The notes under the pieces were generated by a model. It was not told where the DNA came from. It was given only the letters and a program-made list of their open reading frames with translations, and made no database searches. From an uncultured Alphaproteobacteria bacterium (GTDB lineage Bacteria > Pseudomonadota > Alphaproteobacteria > Rhizobiales > Beijerinckiaceae): a DNA stretch of 64,000 nt. Within the stretch, counting starts at the first letter, position 1; the number at the start of each line of letters is the position of its first letter. Positions 32,411-42,564 of this stretch are shown piece after piece. A program made the translations under genes and the position numbers. The DNA is taken from assembly GCA_963820795.1 (NCBI GenBank), contig CAWGBJ010000014.1, positions 9,517-73,516 on the forward strand, in the 5' to 3' direction.

Positions 32411-32490
32411 CCGGAAGCTGCCGAAAGCTGCGATTTGCTTGCAAAGGCTTGCAAACGGCCTGCAATTTCTTGCCAAAGATTGCAATTTCT
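32411..32490. repeat. degenerate 10-bp tandem/phased repeat array (CTTGCAAA-like units, 7-8 copies)
   Basis: Written in 10-mers from 32411: ccggaagctg / ccgaaagctg / cgatttgctt / gcaaaggctt / gcaaacggcc / tgcaatttct / tgccaaagat / tgcaatttct. TGC starts at 32419, 32429, 32440, 32450, 32461, 32471 and 32481. Exact sub-repeats are GCTTGCAAA x2 and TGCAATTTCT x2. Confidence 0.7.
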
Positions 32491-32621
32491 GGCCCGGATT
32501 CGGGACTTATCAAAGACTTACGGCCGAACGGCAGCGGCAAATAACTCCCAAGCTTGGGGTCCCCCACCGACCTCGTCCGGAGGCGCCGCGTAGCGGCCTC
32601 GAAGGACGCTTGCTCGAACGC

Positions 32622-32651
32622 CCCCTCGACAAGCTCGGGGCAGGCTCTTCG
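32622..32651. repeat. dispersed 30-bp repeat, copy A (cccctcgacaagctcggggcaggctcttcg)
   Basis: Identical 30-mer at 41512-41541, same orientation and also intergenic. The flanks are loosely similar (gcttgctcgaacgc vs tgcttcgcagcgacac). Confidence 0.85.
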
Positions 32652-33176
32652 ACTCGCGTCGCTTCGCGCCGCGGCTCAGGACGAGGTCCGTGGGTGACCC
32701 AAGGCCAAATTACGGCGGACGGCTTGGGAGTTACGCGGCAAAAGTTTGCGCCCTTCTTCCGAAGCCTAAAGCTACGCCGTTCTGTAAAACCTCGCGTTCT
32801 TCCGGGCCTTTCCATCGACGCAGGTCTCGAACCGATCGCCTCATCAGGCGCCATTGTAAATTGGATTTTGATTTCTCAGCAAGTAATTTGTCCGAGGCTC
32901 GTGGCGCGCCTCGCGGGTCTCCGGGCGCTTCGACGCCGTCATTCGCGACTCGCTGCCGGGCGCGGATCAGCAGCGCGAGAGGACAACGTAGCCGACCCCG
33001 CGATCGCCCACAGTCCCACCAACCCTTGGAGTGTGAGGGGGATCACAGCGGCTGCCACCATTCCACCGTATGGCAACAAACGGACGAGCAGAGGTTCTCG
33101 CGTCAGCCGCCGGGGCCAACGCGGAACATCATCGCGAGACTCGAGAGCTTCGCAACACGAGTGCAGGAGTGCGCAT

Positions 33177-34583
33177 ATGACGACCTTGTCGGACGCGGGG
33201 ATGCGAGACTTCGCCGCCAAATTCAAGGGTCGGGCGCTGAGGCCCGCGGACCCCGAGTACGATTCCTCCCGCGCGCTCTGGAACGGCGCCATTGACCGCA
33301 AGCCGGCGATCGTCGCGCGCTGCTCGACCGCCGAGGAGGTCGCGGAGGCGGTCCGCTTCGCGCGGGCTTGCGGCCTCGAGATCGCGGTCAGGGGCGGCGG
33401 GCACAACTACGCCGGCAACGCGGTCTGCGAGGGCGGCATGATGATCCATCTCGGCGACATGAACCGCGTTGCTGTGGACCCGGAAGCGCGCCGCGTTACA
33501 TGCGGCGGCGGGGCGACCTGGGGCGACGTGGACGCGGCGACTCAACAGCATGGCCTTGCGACCCCCGGCGGCGTCATCAGCCACACCGGCGTGGCGGGCC
33601 TTGCGCTCGGCGGCGGCGTCGGCTGGCTTACGAAGGCGGCGGGGCTCAGCTGCGACAACCTGCTTGGGGCCGAAGTCGTCACGGCCGACGGGCGGATCGT
33701 CCGCGCGTCGGACAAGGAGAATCCCGACCTCTTCTGGGCGCTGACCGGCGGGGGAGGAAATTTCGGCATCGTCACCTCCTTCGACTTCGCTCTGCATCCT
33801 GTCGGGCCGCTCGTCCAACTGGGCCTCTTCTTCGCCCCGCTCGAGAACGGAACTGAAGCCCTCAGATTCTGCCGCGACTACGTCGATTCGCTGCCCGACA
33901 ACGCAACGTCGCTTCTTGCGATTGGCTTGAGCGCGCCGCCCGAGCCCTTCGTGCCTGAAGAGCATCGCTTCAAGAATGGCCACGCGCTCATCGTCGTGGG
34001 ATTCGGCTCGCCCGAGGACCACGCCAGGGCGATCGCGCCCGTACGGGAGGGGATGAAGCCGCTCTTCGAACTCGTGACGCCCATCCCCTTCGTAGCGCTC
34101 CAGCAGATGCTCAACGACAGCAGCCACTGGGGCACGCTCGCCTATGAAAAGGCGCTCTATCTCGATTCCCTTTCCGACGCGGCAATCGCGGTGATCGGCG
34201 AGCACGCGCCGAAGAAAAAGTCGCCGCTGTCGTTCGTGCCCACCTTCCGCCTCGACGGGAAGTACCTCGCAAGGCGTGACGCCGACAGCGCCTTCGGGGG
34301 GAGCCGCTCGGGTGGCTACGTCCTCAACATTGCGGCGCACGCTCCGCCCGGGTCGTCCCGCGACTTGTACGAAGCAGACCGGGCCTGGGCGCGGAGCTTC
34401 TGGGACGCGATGCGGCCGCACGCAACCGGCTCGGGCAGCTATGTGAATTTCATGGCTGACATTGAGGAGGATCGGGTGAAGGCCGCCTATGGCCCCGAGA
34501 AATACGCCCGCCTCGCCCGCGTCAAGCGCGCGTGGGACCCGGACAACGTCTTCCACCTGAACGTCAACATCAAACCGGCGTGA
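33177..34583 (+). CDS. FAD-linked oxidase (FAD_binding_4 / berberine-bridge-enzyme-like family)
   Basis: ATG at 33177 with GGAG 8 nt upstream. PAIVARCSTAEEVAEAVRFARACGLEIAVRGGGHNYAGNAV (PCMH-type FAD domain) and C-terminal YGPEKYARLARVKRAWDPDNVFHLNVNI (BBE tail). The in-frame 738-nt upstream extension in the track does not look coding. Confidence 0.85.
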   Translation: MTTLSDAGMRDFAAKFKGRALRPADPEYDSSRALWNGAIDRKPAIVARCSTAEEVAEAVRFARACGLEIAVRGGGHNYAGNAVCEGGMMIHLGDMNRVAVDPEARRVTCGGGATWGDVDAATQQHGLATPGGVISHTGVAGLALGGGVGWLTKAAGLSCDNLLGAEVVTADGRIVRASDKENPDLFWALTGGGGNFGIVTSFDFALHPVGPLVQLGLFFAPLENGTEALRFCRDYVDSLPDNATSLLAIGLSAPPEPFVPEEHRFKNGHALIVVGFGSPEDHARAIAPVREGMKPLFELVTPIPFVALQQMLNDSSHWGTLAYEKALYLDSLSDAAIAVIGEHAPKKKSPLSFVPTFRLDGKYLARRDADSAFGGSRSGGYVLNIAAHAPPGSSRDLYEADRAWARSFWDAMRPHATGSGSYVNFMADIEEDRVKAAYGPEKYARLARVKRAWDPDNVFHLNVNIKPA

Positions 34584-35154
34584 GGAGAGGGCGGCGGCGC
34601 TTCCGCGACGCCGCTCGGCTACGAGCCGCCGCCAAAGTCACGCAGAGTCGCGCGCGTTCGATGTTGCTCCTTTGCTGGCTTCGGCAGGCTCTCGGGTGAT
34701 TGCCCCTTACTCGGGCTTTCGAGATCGCCGCGGGGCGTCGACGCCTGCGCGCGCGACGTTCTGCAAGATGGACCAACTTGAGGAACTCCAGCGGATTTCT
34801 CCGCAAAAAACCGCTCGCCAAAGGTGTATGCCCGACCGAGCAACACCGCACTTGCGCGGACTCCTACCGATCGATCGGCACGACGAACGAGACCGTTGCA
34901 TCGGATTGCGGTCAATGGCCGAACGCGTTTGGTTGGGCCAGCATCGACTGTTCCTGAAGAAGCTTCGCTCGAACCGAGGTGCAACATTCGTCCTGAACAA
35001 CTGAACGACGCGAATCGGATGTTAAGCGGTCGGTGCAAATCGCATTACGGGGACGAGATATGAATTCCCCATATCAAGGGGTCGACATAGGCGGGCGGCG
35101 ACATTTGCAATCATGTCCCCCGAAATCTCTGTAATCTACAATACAAAATAGGCC

Positions 35155-36771
35155 TTATTGTGGTTCTTTACCCTGCACCGCATAGTCAAGGCACCCGAGG
35201 GCGAGGGCTTCTTTAGTATGTTTCTCCGCGGCCTTGATCTTGCCCGGATCCACGCCGGGCAGCGCATCGCCGCCATGATCGCTGTTAAAGGCATCAATAA
35301 GTACCATAATGGGGTCGTTTTTATCATCCTTGTTCGCGGCCTGATAAACCGGAACAAACTGTTGGACATCCTCCCCGGCAAGAGTGCCGCTGTTTCTACT
35401 CAGTTCTCCAAGCGCCGCCACAATCTGTTCATGGCTCATGGGCGGCTTGGGCGCCCGCAGAATCCCGGGCGGCAGATAGTCCTTGATATCATTCCATGTA
35501 AACGTCGAGTCGGGAATGCCGTGGCTGCACGGCGCCACTTTGACGGCCTCGCCGTACACGACGAGCGGCGCCCCGGTGGCACGGTCCGTTTCCGCGGCCG
35601 TCCTGCCGTACACGGCGAGCGGCGGCACGGCATTGGCGCGGCCCGTTTCCGCCGGAGGCGCGACCCCACCCGCCGCCGAAACTTCCGGCGGAACGCGGCC
35701 GCGGGAAAGGACAAGCGACCTTCCCTGCAGCCGCCATACGACGCGCTCAACGCGCGCGGCGTCGTGAGCCCGGATCTTGTAGTCGACGACGAGGGCCCTC
35801 TTGTCGGCGGAATCGAAGAACCACTTCGCTGTGACCTCGATCGACTTGCTCGGGTCGGTCATCGCGCCCGAATTGTCGTCGGCGATAGGGATCGGAGTGG
35901 TATTGAGACTGACGAGTTGGCCTGCGTGGAAGGCATAGAAGTCGACGCCCGTAAAAGCGTAGCCCTGAAACATCCCGCCGCTCTCGATCGCCATGCCGTC
36001 GTCGCCACCGATCTCGATGGCGGAAATGTCTCCAACGGCGCCAAACGTCCCAAGCGTGGCGAATTGGCGATAACGGCGGACAGTCTGGAAGCCGCCATTG
36101 ACCCGCCGGACCACATAGGCCGACAGCGGCGCCCCGCAGCCGTGGCAGCCTCCGCCGGGCTCGCCGGCCTGGAAAACGAGGACGTCGGCGCTGGCGTAAC
36201 GCAGAACTTGAAGCGGATAGAGGCAGTCTTCGCCCGTCGCTTTGAAAGTCGCCTTGCCGAATACCGCCGCGACTTCCGCCGCCAGCCGCGGGTCGGCGTC
36301 GAGTGGCTTTTTCGCGGCAGCGCAGAAGGCAGCGGACTCGCCGGCTTCGTCGCCGTGCTTCGCCTGATTCGCATAGACAGGGTTGTCGGCGAGGGCAGGT
36401 CCGGACGTACCCGAAAAAACGATACCAGAATCAGTTATTTCAACGTTGGGAGTGGACGGATTTGCAAACACGACTCCAATACAATTATCATAATCATCAG
36501 TAATAACCCATGGATGGGTGACTAAACTATTTCGTGATTCCACTGAGCCAGGCGTCACGTAGAAATGCTGCGCGCGCTTTCCCGCGTAGTCTACCCAGTA
36601 TATATTGGCCGCATGGCTTGAATTATTAACAAATGTTATAATCGCAGGTCTGCCTGTCGCCGTTGACCTTAATGTGGCCTGGTCTAAACAACTTATGCCG
36701 TTGCCGATCGCCGTCACCGGCATGACCAGAGAAAAAACCAAGGCAATGATGAGACTTCGTACACCACGCAT
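35155..36771 (-). CDS. secreted protein of unknown function with an N-terminal pVHL-beta-domain-like module
   Basis: ATG at 36771 gives signal peptide MRGVRSLIIALVFSLVMPVTAIG. Residues ~35-95 align without gaps to the human pVHL beta domain (see findings). The rest has no family I recognise. There is an internal short repeat PLAVYGRTAAE / PLVVYGEAVKV. GC content is mosaic: low at both gene ends, high in the middle. Confidence 0.6.
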   Translation of the reverse strand: MRGVRSLIIALVFSLVMPVTAIGNGISCLDQATLRSTATGRPAIITFVNNSSHAANIYWVDYAGKRAQHFYVTPGSVESRNSLVTHPWVITDDYDNCIGVVFANPSTPNVEITDSGIVFSGTSGPALADNPVYANQAKHGDEAGESAAFCAAAKKPLDADPRLAAEVAAVFGKATFKATGEDCLYPLQVLRYASADVLVFQAGEPGGGCHGCGAPLSAYVVRRVNGGFQTVRRYRQFATLGTFGAVGDISAIEIGGDDGMAIESGGMFQGYAFTGVDFYAFHAGQLVSLNTTPIPIADDNSGAMTDPSKSIEVTAKWFFDSADKRALVVDYKIRAHDAARVERVVWRLQGRSLVLSRGRVPPEVSAAGGVAPPAETGRANAVPPLAVYGRTAAETDRATGAPLVVYGEAVKVAPCSHGIPDSTFTWNDIKDYLPPGILRAPKPPMSHEQIVAALGELSRNSGTLAGEDVQQFVPVYQAANKDDKNDPIMVLIDAFNSDHGGDALPGVDPGKIKAAEKHTKEALALGCLDYAVQGKEPQ

Positions 36772-37425
36772 GAGCGCGCCCCGATGCTCAGCGGGTTGCA
36801 AAGAAGCTGGCCGCCTTCTCGGGATTGTGTCCGCGCCGATCATACAGCCTGGTTCTGCTCGGATCGCGATGGGTGAAGAGGGTCAGAGAGGCTTTCATCT
36901 GATGCTCCGTGTGATGCCACCGTCGCAGACATTGCTCCAATGGCATCGATCAATCAACGCCCACAGAAAGCCGAAGGGATACGAGCGCTGGACTTCTCAA
37001 ATTCTTGCAGACCGTGCGAAAACTCGATGTGTACGGTCGCGCAGAGAACCGATTTTCGCGATCTTTTCTGCTCTGCTCTCTCCCAGAGGCCGCGAGATTC
37101 GGGCTGCGATTGCGGCTTCTTGCGCACTCCGGCCGTCCCGAGTGGCGGCTCCGGATGATCGAAATCCACACTTCGCGATGTTCCGACCGCGGATCGATCA
37201 ATGCCGGCTCAGGGGGGACTATACGCCTACATGGGCTGCCCGGAGCGGCGCGCTTCCCGCGCCGTTCCTGCCGTTCGGCCTACGGCCGCTATCGCCATAC
37301 CCGAAATTCAATCTGAGACACGACCGATCCTGAAGGTCCTTTGGAACCCCCTTGTAAACTGTGGTAGAAAGATCGGCCGATCGCGTCGGCGCGGTCGATG
37401 ACCAAGGATCCCGGGACGAGACGCC

Positions 37426-39120
37426 ATGGCCCTTCTGACGCAGTCCTATGTGCATGGCGCGAGTTCGACGCCGCTCCTCGGCGAGACGATTGGCGCGCTC
37501 CTTCGCCGGACGGCCGGTGAAGGTCCGGGCCGGCCGGCGCTCGTGACGCGTCATCAGGGGGTGCGCCGGACTTATGCCGATCTCCTGCGCCGGTCGGAGG
37601 ATCTGGCGGTCGGCCTCATGGCGCTCGGCCTTAAGAAGGGCGACCGCATCGGCATTTGGTCGGCCAACACGAGCGAATGGGTGCTGGCGCAATTTGGCAC
37701 GGCGCTCGCAGGCCTCATCCTGGTCAACATCAATCCCGCCTATCGCTCGCACGAATTCGACTATGCGATCAAGAAATCCGGCTGCCGGGCGCTGATCCTC
37801 TCGCCGGGACATCGCAACAACGACTATTTCGCCTCGCTCCGGGCGAGCGCGCCCGAGATCGACGGGTCGGAACCGGGGAAGCTGCGGTCGAACGGTCTGC
37901 CGAAGCTCGAGACCGTCATTCGTCTCGGGGCCGAGAAGACGCCCGGCATGCTGAATTTCGACGACGTCGCCCGTCCCGCCGGCGACGATGAGCGGCAGGC
38001 GCTGGCCGACTTCGGCGCTTCGCTGCAATTCGACGACCCGATCAACATCCAGTTCACCTCCGGCACTACGGGGGCGCCGAAGGGCGCGACGCTGACGCAC
38101 CACAACATCGTCAACAACGGCTATTTCATCGGCGAGGCGATGCGGCTCACGCCGGACGACCGGCTGTGCATCCCGGTGCCCTATTATCACTGCTTCGGCA
38201 TGGTGCTGGGCAACCTCGCCTGCGTCACCCACGGCGCCTGCATGGTGAGCCCGGCCGAGGCGTTCGATCCGGCGGCGACGCTGGAAGCGGTTGAGGCGGA
38301 AGCCTGCACCGGGCTGCACGGCGTGCCGACCATGTTCATCGCCATGCTCGATCATCCCGAATTCGACCGATTCGACCTCAAGACGCTGCGCACCGGCATC
38401 ATGGCCGGCTCGCCTTGCCCGGTCGAGGTCATGCGCCGGGTCGTCGACCGCATGCATATGAGCGAAGTGACCATCGCCTACGGCATGACGGAGACGAGCC
38501 CGGTCAGTTTCCAGAGCGCCTGCGACGATCCCCTCGACCGCCGCGTATCGACCGTCGGGCGGATCCAGCCGCATATCGAGGTCAAGGTGGTCGACCGTGA
38601 CGGGCGGATCGTTCCGCCGGGCGTCCCGGGCGAATTATTGACCCGTGGCTATAGCGTCATGCGCGGCTACTGGGACGACCCCGCCGCAACCGCCACAGCC
38701 ATCGACGAGGCCCGGTTCATGCATACCGGCGATCTCGCGACCATCGACGCCGAAGGCTATTGCAACATCGTCGGGCGGCTGAAGGACATGATCATCCGCG
38801 GCGGCGAGAACATCTATCCCCGGGAGATCGAGGAGTTTCTCTACACCCACCCGGCCGTCGCCGACGTCCAGGCCTTCGGCCTCCCCGATCATCGCTACGG
38901 CGAGGAGCTCTGCGTGTGGATCCGCCGGCGCGAGGGCATGAGCCTCAATGAAAACGAGGTGATCGCCTTCTGCCGCGCCTCGATCGCGCATTACAAGGCG
39001 CCGCGCTACGTGCGCTTCGTCGACTCGTTTCCGATGACGGTCACCGGAAAAGCGCAAAAGTTCTTGATGCGTCAGGCGATGATGCAAGAATTGTCGCTAG
39101 TCGAGGAAAAAACAGCCTGA
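37426..39120 (+). CDS. AMP-dependent acyl-CoA synthetase/ligase (ACSF2 / medium-chain-like)
   Basis: AMP-binding motif [63 protein letters not shown], and C-terminal lysine context TVTGKAQKF. Confidence 0.9.
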   Translation: MALLTQSYVHGASSTPLLGETIGALLRRTAGEGPGRPALVTRHQGVRRTYADLLRRSEDLAVGLMALGLKKGDRIGIWSANTSEWVLAQFGTALAGLILVNINPAYRSHEFDYAIKKSGCRALILSPGHRNNDYFASLRASAPEIDGSEPGKLRSNGLPKLETVIRLGAEKTPGMLNFDDVARPAGDDERQALADFGASLQFDDPINIQFTSGTTGAPKGATLTHHNIVNNGYFIGEAMRLTPDDRLCIPVPYYHCFGMVLGNLACVTHGACMVSPAEAFDPAATLEAVEAEACTGLHGVPTMFIAMLDHPEFDRFDLKTLRTGIMAGSPCPVEVMRRVVDRMHMSEVTIAYGMTETSPVSFQSACDDPLDRRVSTVGRIQPHIEVKVVDRDGRIVPPGVPGELLTRGYSVMRGYWDDPAATATAIDEARFMHTGDLATIDAEGYCNIVGRLKDMIIRGGENIYPREIEEFLYTHPAVADVQAFGLPDHRYGEELCVWIRRREGMSLNENEVIAFCRASIAHYKAPRYVRFVDSFPMTVTGKAQKFLMRQAMMQELSLVEEKTA

Positions 39121-39310
39121 GGCTTCGACAGCGCAACAACGGGAGATACGGGGGCCGCGCCGCCAAAAGGCTGCAATTGAGGACTTCACTTCGAATTGAA
39201 AGAACTCTCGGCTTCTCTTGGCATTTTAATAACGCGCGCTTAAATGGACGCGAGGATTGGACCGGGCAGCGGCTGGAGCTCGGCCGGCGCGGCGCCGTGG
39301 CAGGAAGACG

Positions 39311-41239
<1,929 letters not shown>

Positions 41240-41270
41240 AGCCGCTCGGCGCGCCTTGCCCCCGCCGCCG

Positions 41271-41296
41271 TCTCCCCGTGGGGCCCTTGCGGGAGA
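41271..41296 (+). terminator. imperfect stem-loop downstream of ftsH (REP-like, possible terminator)
   Basis: TCTCCC(CG)-tggggcccttg-(CG)GGAGA, 32 nt after the ftsH stop. There is no T-tract, so it is weak as an intrinsic terminator. Confidence 0.3.
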
Positions 41297-41511
41297 AAAG
41301 TGGCGCCAACGAAGGGAAGCCATCGAGGGGGACCGCGCGGAGCGCGACGGCTTCGCCGAGCGCCGCTAAATGACATTGCATCGCCTATCGCCACTGCCAG
41401 TTCCGTCAACGCTGTCACAGGCTCGCTCGGCAACCGGAGAACGCGGTTGAACGTGAGCCAGCCATCGCGCTCCGCGCGATTCCCCTTATCCGTTTTTGCT
41501 TCGCAGCGACA

Positions 41512-41541
41512 CCCCTCGACAAGCTCGGGGCAGGCTCTTCG
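41512..41541. repeat. dispersed 30-bp repeat, copy B
   Basis: Identical to 32622-32651. Lies in the ftsH / hydrolase intergenic region. Confidence 0.85.
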
Positions 41542-41583
41542 CCCACGAGGGGGGCAGGGGCGCGGCATGCGAATCGAGGCCCG

Positions 41584-42552
41584 ATGGCGCTGATGGCGAC
41601 GCCGGAAAACCCGGCGCCCTCTGGCGGCATCGAGGAGCACATCCGTGCCGCTGACGGCGTGCGCCTCAGAACCGCCCGCTGGCCGGCGATCGCCGAGCCG
41701 CGCGGCACGATTGCAGTTCTTGGCGGAAGGGGCGAGTTCATCGAGAAATATTTCGAAATTGTACAGGATCTCCTGTCCAGGGGATTCGCGGTCGTGGCGA
41801 TGGATTGGCGCGGACAAGGCGGTTCGGAGCGGCCGCTGAGGAATGCCCGAAAAGGCCACGTCGACGATTTTTCCCTGTTCGAGCGCGATCTCGAGGCTCT
41901 GGTCGGCGCAATCCTGACGCCACACTGCCCGCGCCCCTGGTTCGGCCTCTGTCATTCGATGGGGGGGACGGTGCTTCTTCTTGCCGCAGAGGCTGAACGC
42001 TGTCCGTTCGAGCGGCTTGTCCTGACCTCGCCGATGATCGCGATCAAGGGAGTGAAGCACCGGGGACCGACGCGATTTCTCGTCGAGGCGCTCGACGCCT
42101 GTGGGCTGGGCGGGGCGTTTGCCCCAAGAGCGGGCTCGGACACGCTCTGGTTGCGCGCGTTCCAGGGCAATGTCCTGACATCGGACCCTGTCCGGTTCGA
42201 CCGCATCGCCAAAGTTGTCGCGGCGGCGCCGGACCTTCGCTTGGGCGGCCCGACGATCGGATGGATTCATGCCGCCTTCCGCGTCATGACTCGCTTCGAG
42301 GACGTGAATTTTCCGCGGGCGATCCTGACGCCGGTTCTCATCGTCGCCTCGGGAGCCGATCGGGTTGTCGACGTCGCCGCCACGGAGCGCTTCGCATCGC
42401 GGTTGCGCGCCGGCCGCATCGTCGTCATCGAGGGGGCCGAACACGAGCTGATGGTCGAGCGCGACCTATTCCGGGACCAGTTCTGGGCCGCGTTCGATCA
42501 ATTTGTCCCCGGCTCTGCGGCCAGTCCACGGACCTTGGCCGTGGCGCGCTGA
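41584..42552 (+). CDS. alpha/beta hydrolase, lysophospholipase L2 (PldB)-like
   Basis: FAVVAMDWRGQGGSE, nucleophile elbow CHSMGG, C-terminal IEGAEHEL (His of the triad). Confidence 0.8.
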   Translation: MALMATPENPAPSGGIEEHIRAADGVRLRTARWPAIAEPRGTIAVLGGRGEFIEKYFEIVQDLLSRGFAVVAMDWRGQGGSERPLRNARKGHVDDFSLFERDLEALVGAILTPHCPRPWFGLCHSMGGTVLLLAAEAERCPFERLVLTSPMIAIKGVKHRGPTRFLVEALDACGLGGAFAPRAGSDTLWLRAFQGNVLTSDPVRFDRIAKVVAAAPDLRLGGPTIGWIHAAFRVMTRFEDVNFPRAILTPVLIVASGADRVVDVAATERFASRLRAGRIVVIEGAEHELMVERDLFRDQFWAAFDQFVPGSAASPRTLAVAR

Positions 42553-42564
42553 GCGATAACGGCC

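Noticed and set aside
32815-32850. tRNA T-arm-like string (minus strand GGTTCGAGACC), considered as a tRNA gene or an att-site remnant of an integrated element
   Set aside because: The flanking bases cannot form a 5-bp T-stem or an acceptor stem. There is no anticodon arm, no integrase nearby and no matching direct repeat.
32439-33176. In-frame N-terminal extension that would make the FAD-linked oxidase 714 aa
   Set aside because: The extension translates to low-complexity R/S/G/P sequence and spans the repeat array and the AT-rich patch. A good ATG with GGAG lies at 33177, exactly where homology to FAD_binding_4 proteins starts.
36788-36898. 36-codon ORF (MKASLTLFTHRDPSRTRLYDRRGHNPEKAASFFATR) with GGAG 6 nt upstream, just upstream of the VHL-like gene on the minus strand
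   Set aside because: No recognisable motif, mixed codon bias and no way to test conservation here. Kept only as a note for anyone running Ribo-seq or comparative analysis.
36945-37205. 10-bp direct repeat ATCGATCAAT (36945-36954 and 37193-37202), considered as island boundary or att repeats
   Set aside because: Both copies lie on the same side of the gene, and a 10-mer recurring by chance in 64 kb is expected many times over.
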